Assembly (NCBI GenBank): GCA_032128875.1
Contig: JAVLKG010000002.1
Span: 1,024,001-1,088,000 of the forward strand
From: Candidatus Melainabacteria bacterium 17Bon1m
GTDB taxonomy: Bacteria; Cyanobacteriota; Vampirovibrionia; Obscuribacterales; Obscuribacteraceae
Length of the DNA: 64,000 nucleotides
Reading direction: 5' to 3'
Shown here: one piece after another, positions 48,587 to 57,892 of the stretch
Layout: each line of letters opens with the position of its first letter
How positions within the stretch are numbered: position 1 is the stretch's first letter
Made by a program: the position numbers and the translations under genes
Notes under the pieces: generated by a model
What the model saw: the letters and a program-made list of their open reading frames with translations, nothing else
What the model was told of the DNA's origin: nothing
Database searches by the model: none

Positions 48587-49929
48587 GCACCTCACTTACT
48601 AGTCTTCTTTTATCTGTAAATCTAGCTCTGGCAGGCGTTTTCTCAATCCCTGCCCTGGGACAAGGCACCGGTGGCAGTGTCAAACAGCAGCTATCGGCTT
48701 TGGAACAACGACTGTTTTTCAAAACCTACGAAGATGCCGACGACCAATCTCGCCTGCAGAGAATTGAAAAACAGGTATTCGGTCAACCTCTGGAAGGGGC
48801 TACACAAGAGCGTCTTTCAAAGATAAGTTCTGCTCTGCCGCCAATGCGCGAACCGGAGCGCACCGCGCCTGGTGCACCACAACAGCAGCCGGCGCCACCA
48901 CAGGCGACACAACAAAGTCATAACGAATATGAAGCCGAAGACGCAATTGAAAAAGCTCGATTGCAGGTTCAAGCCGCCAAAGAGGCAGAACTTCAGCGGC
49001 TTCTAGCAGAAGGGGTGCAGCTCTGGCGCAATCGAAGAGCACATGAAGCGACCGAAAAATTCGAACAGGTCATTCGGCTTGATCCGAATAATGCCGAAGC
49101 ACATTTTAGTATGGGCATTATTTATGAGGCGTCCGGCAACTTTGCCGAGGCCCTTTCCAGTTATCAGCGCGCATCGGCATCAAGGCCGGACAATAAGGAT
49201 TATAAGAGCGCTATTGGCGATGTAGAAAAGAAAGCGCGCTCCAAAGAGAAAAACGATGGCTTGAGTGGCGAGCTGAAGATGATGGCAGAAGATGCCGCAG
49301 CAGCATTTAGGCGCGGTGAGTACATGTCGGCTCTCGACCTATATAAGCAGTTCGAAGCGCGCACACCGCCGCAGGCAAATATCAAATACAACATCGGGAC
49401 GATTTATCTGATGATGAAAAACTATCAGATGGCGCTCGAATACTACAAGCAAGCAAAAAAGCTCAAGCCTTCCGAACCTAAATATGTGCAAGCTGTGCAA
49501 CAGCTGGAAAGCAATATGAAGAAGGACACCGCTGAGCGCAAGCAGGCGCAAAAGGAATCTCAAGCCGCCTACGAAGAGCAGGAAAAGCGGCGTATGCAGG
49601 CGCAAAACCGTAACGTGCCTAATATCAATCCAGGGGCGAATAAATTTGCTCAGCTCGGCACCCAACCCTCTGCACAAAAGGGTCAGGAGTTTATGAACAG
49701 CGTCGGGCTAATCGGAAAGAGCGGGCGCGACGGTGTCGTGATAGTGGCAGTGGGAATTGCCTCGAGAGCGACGCGAGCCGGAATATTGCAAGGCGATGTA
49801 ATCAAAGCGGTTGATGGAATGGTCATCAAAAGCACCGGCGATCTCAACAGTGCCATCGAGTCCAAAGGTGGCCAGCAAATACAGTTGACCGTGCAACGTG
49901 GAAATCAGCTCGGTCTGGTGCGCTTCTAA
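48568..49929 (+). CDS. Exported TPR + PDZ domain protein
   Basis: Signal peptide; TPR units (LDPNNAEAHFSMG); PDZ AGILQGDVIKAVDG. Confidence 0.85.
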   Translation: MGKVKLSTSLTSLLLSVNLALAGVFSIPALGQGTGGSVKQQLSALEQRLFFKTYEDADDQSRLQRIEKQVFGQPLEGATQERLSKISSALPPMREPERTAPGAPQQQPAPPQATQQSHNEYEAEDAIEKARLQVQAAKEAELQRLLAEGVQLWRNRRAHEATEKFEQVIRLDPNNAEAHFSMGIIYEASGNFAEALSSYQRASASRPDNKDYKSAIGDVEKKARSKEKNDGLSGELKMMAEDAAAAFRRGEYMSALDLYKQFEARTPPQANIKYNIGTIYLMMKNYQMALEYYKQAKKLKPSEPKYVQAVQQLESNMKKDTAERKQAQKESQAAYEEQEKRRMQAQNRNVPNINPGANKFAQLGTQPSAQKGQEFMNSVGLIGKSGRDGVVIVAVGIASRATRAGILQGDVIKAVDGMVIKSTGDLNSAIESKGGQQIQLTVQRGNQLGLVRF

Positions 49930-50070
49930 AACTTGCGTTTTAATAGCATTAATAAGGATGGGGCAGTATTTCCTTGCATTTCGGCAGTTTTTCTTGCCAA
50001 TCAACTCAAAACCAATGCCAGGTAAGAAATCCCGGCTTTCAATCTGAATCGAACTGCCGAATGCAAAAAT

Positions 50071-51255
50071 CTATTTTGCGTGTGCCAATTCGGTTGTCTT
50101 ACTGCTTGCGGATGCCTGAGCGGCGCCGGATCCACCAACATGCTTGATATTGTATATGGTGTCACGCTCAACGGGCGTGTAACCAGCTTGGGAAATCAGA
50201 TATTCCATCTCTTCTTTCGCCAGTTGCAGCGGCGTCATGGCGCCAGCAGCGTGCGTTATCTTCTCTTCGCCAATGGTGCCGTCCATATCGTCTGCGCCGA
50301 ATGAAAGCGCTATTTGCGCTATTTTTTCGCCGAGTTGAATCCAGTAAGCTTTGATGTGCGGGAAATTGTCCAGCAAAATGCGCGACACCGCTACGTCTTT
50401 GAGCAAGTCATATCCTGTCGGCTCTTCAACTTCACCTTTGATAGTGGTGCCTTCGTAGTAGCACTTCAGTGGAATGAAACATTGGAAGCCGCCGGTTTTG
50501 TCTTGTTGTTCTCGCAACAAGAGCATGTGATCGACTTTGTTTTCAATTGATTCGCTAATACCTGTGAGCATCGTAGCGTTACTGTACAAGCCAAGCTTGT
50601 GTGCGATGCCATGAATTTCCAACCAGACGTGTGCTGGTGTCTTCTTCACAGCCATGCGCTGACGAACGCCTTCGTCAAATATTTCGGCGCCGCCGCCGGG
50701 CATTGACTGAAGACCCGCTGCAATCAAGCGTTTTAAGCAATCTTCGTAGCTGATCTTTTCACGATCGGCCAGGTATTCGATTTCTACCGCAGTCATTGCT
50801 TTCATATGGATGTGCGGGAATTTTGCCTTAATCTCTTTGAGAATCGTCTCGTAGTATTTGAGATCTGCAGCCGGGGTGAGACCTCCAACCATGTGGATTT
50901 CGTTGATGCCTAATGCAGCACCTTTAGCGGCTTCTTCCAAAACCCGCTCGACAGACCACATGTACGCCTTGCCTTTTTCGGCAGGATTGGCGTACGAGCA
51001 GAATTTGCATGTCTCACCGCAAATATTCGTCGGGTTGAGATGCATGTTGTGGATGTAATAAACGTACTTTTCTTTGTCCAGTCCGGCTTTTTTCTTTCGA
51101 GCGTATTCGCCGAGTGCGCCGATCACTGTGAGGTCATTGGACTGATAGAGTCGAATCGCATCGTCGCGCGTGATGCGGGTGCCGTTAACTACCTTCTCTG
51201 CAATATCGCTGAGCGGGTGTTTGCTTTCAATGATTTTTTCTATCGCAAGTTCCAC
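50071..51255 (-). CDS. mqnE: Aminofutalosine synthase MqnE (CofH-family radical SAM)
   Basis: HLNPTNICGETCKFCSY, MPGGGAEIF, SNATML, HIKAYW, FGADDMDGTIGEEKI. Confidence 0.85.
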   Translation of the reverse strand: MELAIEKIIESKHPLSDIAEKVVNGTRITRDDAIRLYQSNDLTVIGALGEYARKKKAGLDKEKYVYYIHNMHLNPTNICGETCKFCSYANPAEKGKAYMWSVERVLEEAAKGAALGINEIHMVGGLTPAADLKYYETILKEIKAKFPHIHMKAMTAVEIEYLADREKISYEDCLKRLIAAGLQSMPGGGAEIFDEGVRQRMAVKKTPAHVWLEIHGIAHKLGLYSNATMLTGISESIENKVDHMLLLREQQDKTGGFQCFIPLKCYYEGTTIKGEVEEPTGYDLLKDVAVSRILLDNFPHIKAYWIQLGEKIAQIALSFGADDMDGTIGEEKITHAAGAMTPLQLAKEEMEYLISQAGYTPVERDTIYNIKHVGGSGAAQASASSKTTELAHAK

Positions 51256-51439
51256 TTTCTCGTCCTCAAGATTCCGGTCGGCTGCTGCGGTTGAAATGCT
51301 CGCTGTGCAAGCCTGGACTTAATTACAATGCGGTTGATCCTATCATGTCGGCGGCTTGTAACCGACCAGGCAGGCCCTCTTGTTGAGATAATGTCGTGAT
51401 AGAGATTAGATATGGTTATTCTTTCGGGAAAGCGCCGGA

Positions 51440-52522
51440 ATGCGGGATCTCTCAGCTAGACAATATGATGCACATTACCGAAGACTAGGTCTAGCACCGG
51501 GTTCTGGTCCTGCCGAAATCGACGCGGCTGCCATGGCACTGCGGGCAAAACTGAGCCCAGGGCGCTTGAAAGATGGACCGCTCAAGGAAATTGCGCCTAT
51601 CAGGTTGGTCGAAATCGGCGAATCTGCGCTGCTTTTGATTGACTATTGGCAACGTCATGATATTGCCCCGCCCAGTATCCAGAGCCGTTATCTGGCAGGT
51701 TCACACGCCTTTGCCGGAATCGAGTCGGTTAATGCAATAACGAAACAGGCTGAGCAAGATGCCGTAAAAGAGCCAAAAACGCTGCCCGTTCTGATTGCTG
51801 AGCCAGACGAGAGAGAAAAGCAGACACACCTCTTTCCTCCTGAAAATGAGAGTGAAATAACATTTTTGGAGCCTGTTGGACCTCAAGCGCCTCAGCTCAA
51901 TTTCAGCTATTCACTTTTCAAAAAGGTCGATGGGGCTGTCTCCCCAAACGCCGATCTAATCAAATCACGTTCAATAATCGGTCTTATAGTTCTGGCAATC
52001 ATCTGGGTTGTGATACCGCTTTTACTTGTCAAAACCGTTGCCTTCATTTTTGAAGACTGTGGCATTGAGCGCTGGTTGGAGTATTTCAGCATTCTTGCCA
52101 AAGTGATTCCGGTTTGTTTTGTTCCGCCGCTAGTCATGTATGAATATGCCTTCTTTCGCCAGTTGCAGTTTCCTTTTGCCGGTGCGCTGAGATTGCCTGT
52201 TGCACAGGCTATGGACAGGTGTGTAGAAAGACTGACAGTTGCGAGTATAGGAAATTCTGCTGGCTGGACCGTTGAAAGCAGGCATGTCCGAGAGCGCAAT
52301 GGTGAGGTAGTTGCAGGCGAAATTGTCGCTGCTTACAGTGGCACAAGCACCGACAGGAAAGTGCCGCTCAAGATTTACATGCGTATTGAAAAACTCAGCA
52401 CCAGCAGCAGTTTTCTTATCTATTGGTTCGAGCTTGATTGGAAATTGCTCTTCAAGGGCAAAGCAGTATCGCGCATGAAGTCTGCGCGTTTCGAACTAGA
52501 CAGGCTGATTAAAGAAAGCTGA
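51440..52522 (+). CDS. Membrane protein with a degenerate N-terminal J-domain-like segment
   Basis: HYRRLGL...EI...LRAKLSPG; two TM helices. Confidence 0.55.
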   Translation: MRDLSARQYDAHYRRLGLAPGSGPAEIDAAAMALRAKLSPGRLKDGPLKEIAPIRLVEIGESALLLIDYWQRHDIAPPSIQSRYLAGSHAFAGIESVNAITKQAEQDAVKEPKTLPVLIAEPDEREKQTHLFPPENESEITFLEPVGPQAPQLNFSYSLFKKVDGAVSPNADLIKSRSIIGLIVLAIIWVVIPLLLVKTVAFIFEDCGIERWLEYFSILAKVIPVCFVPPLVMYEYAFFRQLQFPFAGALRLPVAQAMDRCVERLTVASIGNSAGWTVESRHVRERNGEVVAGEIVAAYSGTSTDRKVPLKIYMRIEKLSTSSSFLIYWFELDWKLLFKGKAVSRMKSARFELDRLIKES

Positions 52523-52553
52523 ATTTGAGCTGCGCTCAAAGCGGATTGTGCCT

Positions 52554-53384
52554 TCAGCACTCGAATTCCGTGGTCTCAGGATAACCGTCATCTATAGGCA
52601 TGCCGGCAAAAATGTGGTCGTCAGCATGTTTGTTTGAGTACACACCGTAAAAGAGATAGACCGCGGCCAAAATTCCGTAGATGCCCAGCCAGAGCTGGAA
52701 AAACTGGTTTGATACTATCAACAGTGTGCCAAGTACAACACCTGGCGTTACTGCTACAACAGATACGCGCACTAGTTTGCTATATGAGAGATAAAAGCTC
52801 ATGGTGGCTGTGAAGACTCGACCAATAAAGCCTAAAACAAGGACTTGCGATGCCACCCAAGCAAAGTGAATAGGAAGGAGAACGCCAGCTACGATCACGC
52901 CCAACCATGTCTTGAGAAATTTGATGTGCTTCGAGACACCCAAAGGATCAAGTACAAGCGTCCAAATCTTCTCGTAAATCCATTTTTTTACTCTGCCTTG
53001 ATCGCGAACGAAATGTGCGCAGTCAGTTTCGCCAAAAATAATGGGGGCAAATTCAGCTGCTTCAGCTGGTGCCTGGCTGGTCTTATCAAAACGAATTGCC
53101 GGTCTGTCCTGAATCGTAATTACGTATGGCAGCTCTTTATCAATGGTCATTCGACCATCTTTGAGCGTTATCGTAGGCATTTGCGGCAAAATGACCTTTT
53201 CTACCTGCAAAATGATTGCATTTGCCCAGGCATGCACCCAAATGCCGATACATATGGTCGATGTAAGAACCAGGACGAAGAGATAACCAAACCCGATGCC
53301 CCGCCATTCGCGAGCCGCCCGGATGTACGCGTCTCTCGAATAGAACGACAAATATAGAGTTCGAATGTTGTTAATCCAGGCCAT
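52554..53384 (-). CDS. DUF1189-like membrane protein
   Basis: SFYS..Y, GFGYLFVL, PTITLKDG; several TM helices. Confidence 0.6.
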   Translation of the reverse strand: MAWINNIRTLYLSFYSRDAYIRAAREWRGIGFGYLFVLVLTSTICIGIWVHAWANAIILQVEKVILPQMPTITLKDGRMTIDKELPYVITIQDRPAIRFDKTSQAPAEAAEFAPIIFGETDCAHFVRDQGRVKKWIYEKIWTLVLDPLGVSKHIKFLKTWLGVIVAGVLLPIHFAWVASQVLVLGFIGRVFTATMSFYLSYSKLVRVSVVAVTPGVVLGTLLIVSNQFFQLWLGIYGILAAVYLFYGVYSNKHADDHIFAGMPIDDGYPETTEFEC

Positions 53385-53482
53385 TTGCCTGCCTCGCAGA
53401 CTGTCCTTGGTAGATATCGTCTAGATTACATCCTAACGCAAAGCGCCCAGGAAGCAACACCTAGAATCTTGCAGTCGCGAAC

Positions 53483-54070
53483 CTAAGACTGGCGCCAGTT
53501 TGAATTCGTTCGCGAGGTAAGAATATGGTCCTGCCATTTGCCATTCAAGCACAGATAGTCCCTGGCGTAGCCTTCGACGACAAATCCAAGTCGACTCAAT
53601 ACGCCGGCGCTCTTAAGATTGTGCGGAACGTAATTCGCCATGATACGGTGAACATTCATCTCCTGAAAGGCAAAGTCGATCGCGACAGCAGCTGCTTCTG
53701 TCATATAGCCTTGCCCCTGTTGGTCTTTGTCGAGGCTATAGCCGAGATAGCAAAATTGAGCAGCTCTTCTCAGAATTGAGGTGAAATTAACTGTGGCAAT
53801 GACCCGCTTTCCATAACCGTGTTCGCCTTTACGAAGGAAGGCAAATAGGTTTAGCGCTTCATCGCGCTGGTATGCGTCGACATTTTTCACAAGCCTGTCG
53901 CTCCAATGCATCGCGGTATAAAACGATTCCGGCATAAGCGCTTGTGAGTTTGCGATGTGCTCTCGATTTCTAACGTAATAATCGACGACTTCATCGACGT
54001 CGTTTTCACCTGGCATCGTTAATACCAGTCGCTCGGAAAACAAGAGAGGAATAGTTTTGGTTGGAGGCAT
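53483..54070 (-). CDS. rimJ: RimJ-like GNAT N-acetyltransferase
   Basis: CYLGYSLD..QQGQGYMTEA, HRIMANY.PHN, EGYARDYL..NGKWQDH. Confidence 0.85.
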   Translation of the reverse strand: MPPTKTIPLLFSERLVLTMPGENDVDEVVDYYVRNREHIANSQALMPESFYTAMHWSDRLVKNVDAYQRDEALNLFAFLRKGEHGYGKRVIATVNFTSILRRAAQFCYLGYSLDKDQQGQGYMTEAAAVAIDFAFQEMNVHRIMANYVPHNLKSAGVLSRLGFVVEGYARDYLCLNGKWQDHILTSRTNSNWRQS

Positions 54071-54186
54071 TACTTATCTTCCGGCTTGATACAAAGCTCA
54101 ATTGCCCATGGTTTCTTGCGAAACACCATCATCAGTCAAGTGACAGAGTCAGATCTTAGCGCGTTTCATTTCACATATACTCAGAG

Positions 54187-55281
54187 ATGGGGGGCTCATC
54201 TGTGGGACAATTTCGATGCCTATGGATGGATGGTTATTTGATAAGTAGTTTGAAAGTTAGCAAAATTTGCCTGCTTTCTTCCGCGCTGGTGTTGTTCGCA
54301 GCCGGTTGCGCACCAGTGTCCGACAAACCAGATATCTCAAAACTGATCAAATCTTCAATTGAAGCTCGCGCGGCTGGACATGAGGATCTGGCGGCAAACG
54401 ATCTAAAAGAGGCTTATGAAAATCTGCCGGCTAGGGGACCCGGCAGGGTTGAGGCAATAAATCAGCTCTACGTTCCCACACTGGATTTAGCTGCTGACTT
54501 GCGAAAATCCGGACGCCTTTCTTTGTCTAATACTATGTACGACAAAGCAATAGAGATCGAGCCAGAATGCACGTTAGGCGGCAGGTCCTCAGCTAGGCGA
54601 CTTAAGCGTGAAACGGAAGAAGTTTTTGACACAGAAGAAAGAATAATTACAAACCAGAGCACGTATAGCGCTCAAAAAGCAAGAATCAAAGCTCTTCAAG
54701 ATAAAACGGAGAGTCTCGAGCGGCGTGTCCTGACCGATGATCCCAAGCCACTAGAAGACGAAGCGATCAAGCATTTGGATGTTATTCGAAATTCTTTTGG
54801 CGTCGCTAGTTCACAATACGTGGACGCAGTTCGCGCCACAGGAGAGATTTTAATCAAGCTGAATAAGGCTCCGGTTGCAGTGAGAATCTTAGAAGTTGAT
54901 ATCAGACAACTTTCTGAACCAAAAATTGAAAGCATCAAAACTGGTGATATTGATGCTGTTCAAGATCTCTACTTCCATATTCCGCTAAAGAGCGAACTAG
55001 CATATCTTCAGATAAAAACCGGCCAGCTTGATGAAGCAGAGCAAAATGCTCGCAAGTCTTGCGAACTGGCAAAGTGTGTCGGTGGCGAGATGAAGAGCCG
55101 ATTGGCTGTGGCACAGTTGACGCTCGCCACTGTCTTGAACCTCAAAGGAGATAAGGAAGGAGCGCTCAGGCTTTTGAAGGAAACTTTGCCACTTCTTCGA
55201 GTAGAGAAGTTGGGCAAAGATTCAGAAAGATGCAAAAAAATGATTGAGCAAATTGAAAAAGCTCAAACCGGAAAGCAGTAA
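54187..55281 (+). CDS. TPR-like lipoprotein (true start probably TTG 54250)
   Basis: Lipobox FAAGC; helical repeats; paralogue of the next gene. Confidence 0.7.
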   Translation: MGGSSVGQFRCLWMDGYLISSLKVSKICLLSSALVLFAAGCAPVSDKPDISKLIKSSIEARAAGHEDLAANDLKEAYENLPARGPGRVEAINQLYVPTLDLAADLRKSGRLSLSNTMYDKAIEIEPECTLGGRSSARRLKRETEEVFDTEERIITNQSTYSAQKARIKALQDKTESLERRVLTDDPKPLEDEAIKHLDVIRNSFGVASSQYVDAVRATGEILIKLNKAPVAVRILEVDIRQLSEPKIESIKTGDIDAVQDLYFHIPLKSELAYLQIKTGQLDEAEQNARKSCELAKCVGGEMKSRLAVAQLTLATVLNLKGDKEGALRLLKETLPLLRVEKLGKDSERCKKMIEQIEKAQTGKQ

Positions 55282-55284
55282 GAC

Positions 55285-56682
55285 ATGGAAAAAGAGCTCT
55301 TATCGAAATTTGCGGCGTTTGCAACCACGGCGATCATGTGTCTCGCCGCTTGTGGTCAAACTGTCAAGAAAGATGTGTTTGCAGACTTGATTAATGATGG
55401 CGCTCAGGCCAGATCTACAGGTCATGAAGATCGAGCTGCCAACAGCTTGAAAGAAGCTTTCGAAATGTTGCCTCCGGTTGGAAGTCCAAAACGGGTGGAA
55501 TGCGTCAACAGACTCTATCCAGAAATTCTGGCATTATCAGCGGATTTAAGACGCTCTGGTCGCTTCAGTCTTTCGAAAACCATGTTGGACAAAGCAATAG
55601 AAATTGAGTCTGAGTGCAACTTGCCGGACAAGAAATCTGCAGTTGCTCTGAAGGAAGAGACAGAGAAAGTCGGCGAAATGGAATTGAGTTTGCTGAAGCG
55701 AGCAGACAAGGCAAAAGAGCTTCGGTTCGAGTTGAAGCAGTTGAAACATACGACTCGCGATCTTGCAAAGCAATTTGCCAGCGGCGATTTTGAACAAGTC
55801 GCACGCGACGGTCGCGCGCACCTGGAGGTTTTACGAAAGACCAGAGGTGTAGCCAGTAAAGCCTATTGCGATGCGCGAAGGTTGATCATCGAATCGATGC
55901 TTCATCAGGGAAACCCTGAGGGTGCATTGAAGCTTCTTGAAGATGATGTTCTTGAACTGAATACGTTTAAAGACAGCGAATTAATGAATGCGGACGAGGA
56001 GGCTGTCGAAAATGCACTTTTCCTTAGTCCGTTGCTCGCCCAGATTTCCGGGTTGCAACTAACTCTCGGAAAGCAAGCTGAAGCAGAGAAGAGTGCGCGC
56101 CGCTCACTTGAGATTGCAAAAATCCTTGGCGGCAAGGCTAACCCTGATGCTTCTTCCAGTCAGCTAGTCTTGGCTATTATCCTGAAGCAACAAGGCAAGA
56201 ATAAGGAAGCGCTACTGAGCGCGCGCGGAGCATTGCCTCTTCTGGCGAATGCAAAGCATCAGCGACAAAACTGGATTCGTTGTCTTTGTACGATCGCAGA
56301 GCTCGAAGATTTGTTGGGCTTGAAAGTTGAGGCGAGAAGAGACTTTGACCAGTTGATAAACGAGGCGGAAACTGCCAGAGATCCCGGCGCGGCGAGTGTG
56401 TCTCTTGCGGTTGCAGCGGCTTATTATCGAACACAAGGCGATCAAGCAAAGTATTTGAAACTGAAAGAAGAAGCGATAACTCTAGCTCAGCGAAAAAGTG
56501 AGCCGCCATTTTCTGTGGCAATGACATACGAGACGCTAGGTGACTCTTCTGTGCGTTTTTCGAAGTTTTCCGAGGCGCTGCAGTCATACGAGACAGCGGT
56601 TAGATATGCTTCCCAACATCAAAAAGAAAGCATAGAGCAAAAAATTGCAGCTTGCAAAAAGAACAAGTCCGTAGCTTCGTAG
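55285..56682 (+). CDS. TPR-like lipoprotein
   Basis: Lipobox LAAC; helical repeats. Confidence 0.75.
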   Translation: MEKELLSKFAAFATTAIMCLAACGQTVKKDVFADLINDGAQARSTGHEDRAANSLKEAFEMLPPVGSPKRVECVNRLYPEILALSADLRRSGRFSLSKTMLDKAIEIESECNLPDKKSAVALKEETEKVGEMELSLLKRADKAKELRFELKQLKHTTRDLAKQFASGDFEQVARDGRAHLEVLRKTRGVASKAYCDARRLIIESMLHQGNPEGALKLLEDDVLELNTFKDSELMNADEEAVENALFLSPLLAQISGLQLTLGKQAEAEKSARRSLEIAKILGGKANPDASSSQLVLAIILKQQGKNKEALLSARGALPLLANAKHQRQNWIRCLCTIAELEDLLGLKVEARRDFDQLINEAETARDPGAASVSLAVAAAYYRTQGDQAKYLKLKEEAITLAQRKSEPPFSVAMTYETLGDSSVRFSKFSEALQSYETAVRYASQHQKESIEQKIAACKKNKSVAS

Positions 56683-56695
56683 TTCCAGTTTCAAA

Positions 56696-57892
56696 CTAGA
56701 TAAAACTGTTTCGCTTCTTGCTTTCCTTGGCGCTGAGCTTGACCGGTTTCAACCCAAGCTGTACAAGTTGGCGTGCGACCAACTCGAAAAACCGTTGTCT
56801 GTCACCGCCTTTTATTACAGCCAGGTTGTGAGCCTCTGCTAAACAGACTGGGTAGCCCATCCCCTTCTTCACCTGTGCTTTCACGGCTACCAGTGCACTA
56901 TCCAGGAGTTCTTTGTGCTCCAGCATCCAGCGAGGAAATTCAATGCGCGCGACTTCGTTGCCTACATTGAAATAGGCAAAACAAATTCTATGATCGGCGG
57001 CCATCAGTTTTGTCACCGACGCACCAGACTGAAAAGCTGCAGTGCGCTCGCCGTATTTAAGAGAATTTGCCACCAACTGGCGGTCGCTCAGCGGCCAGAT
57101 CTTAGAGCATGGGAAATCTTCTTCGTTTAGCTGACCGCAATGATCGCGGCAGTGGCTATTTTCATAAGGGCAAATATACACTCGCAAGTCATTGACCACG
57201 TCGCCGCTTCGGCTGTTGCTCAGGTATCCGAAAAGAGGTACACCGGCGTCGTGCAATTTGTCGAAGGCATCAGACATTCTCTTAAGGTATGTCTCGATGT
57301 ATCCTCCTGGCATTTTTTCCACAGACCATGGGATAAGGGAGCCGTCGACTAGTGCCACAACCGGTGCTCCGCGCAGCAGTGACTGAAGCGACAACTCAAC
57401 CAATTTTTCCAGTTCTAGCATTTGCCTTTCGAGTGAAACATACAGCTCGTCAATGTGCATCCGCCTTCTGTCTACCAGTGGATAGAGGTCATCGTCCGTA
57501 TGGAAAAGCCTGGGCTCGGTATCAAGAATCGGAGGTGCTTTTATGCCGTAACTGATTACCGCGGAGCCGATATTCAAAAGAAAGCACGTGTGAATCTCAT
57601 GGTGACTCGGCATGATCTGAGAGCCATCTACTGCCACAACTGTGACCGGTTGGTCAGCGGAATTGCTTGCGACCACTACATTTTTGTCGATCGGCTCCAG
57701 AGGAATTGCCGTTGGCCACCACGTCCAGGCCCGGTTTTGCTCGAGTTTTTCCACAAAAATTTCTTGATTCGCAAGCGCACTTTTGTAGGCTGCTTCTCCT
57801 GCTTCCAGCGTTTCTTTTTTTGATAGCGCGGTTGGAAGCCCTTCGACTCCAACTTTCTCTATTTGCTGAATCAGTTTGCGAAAGTCCAGCAT
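56696..57892 (-). CDS. nurA: NurA-family DNA double-strand-break repair nuclease
   Basis: VAVDGSQ, LVDGSL, ARIEFP, GYPVCLAEAHNLA; ATG overlaps the upstream TAA. Confidence 0.85.
   Translation of the reverse strand: MLDFRKLIQQIEKVGVEGLPTALSKKETLEAGEAAYKSALANQEIFVEKLEQNRAWTWWPTAIPLEPIDKNVVVASNSADQPVTVVAVDGSQIMPSHHEIHTCFLLNIGSAVISYGIKAPPILDTEPRLFHTDDDLYPLVDRRRMHIDELYVSLERQMLELEKLVELSLQSLLRGAPVVALVDGSLIPWSVEKMPGGYIETYLKRMSDAFDKLHDAGVPLFGYLSNSRSGDVVNDLRVYICPYENSHCRDHCGQLNEEDFPCSKIWPLSDRQLVANSLKYGERTAAFQSGASVTKLMAADHRICFAYFNVGNEVARIEFPRWMLEHKELLDSALVAVKAQVKKGMGYPVCLAEAHNLAVIKGGDRQRFFELVARQLVQLGLKPVKLSAKESKKRNSFI

Noticed and set aside
56696-57892. HerA-associated anti-phage defence island
   Set aside because: No herA, other defence genes or mobility genes are nearby; the context is housekeeping.
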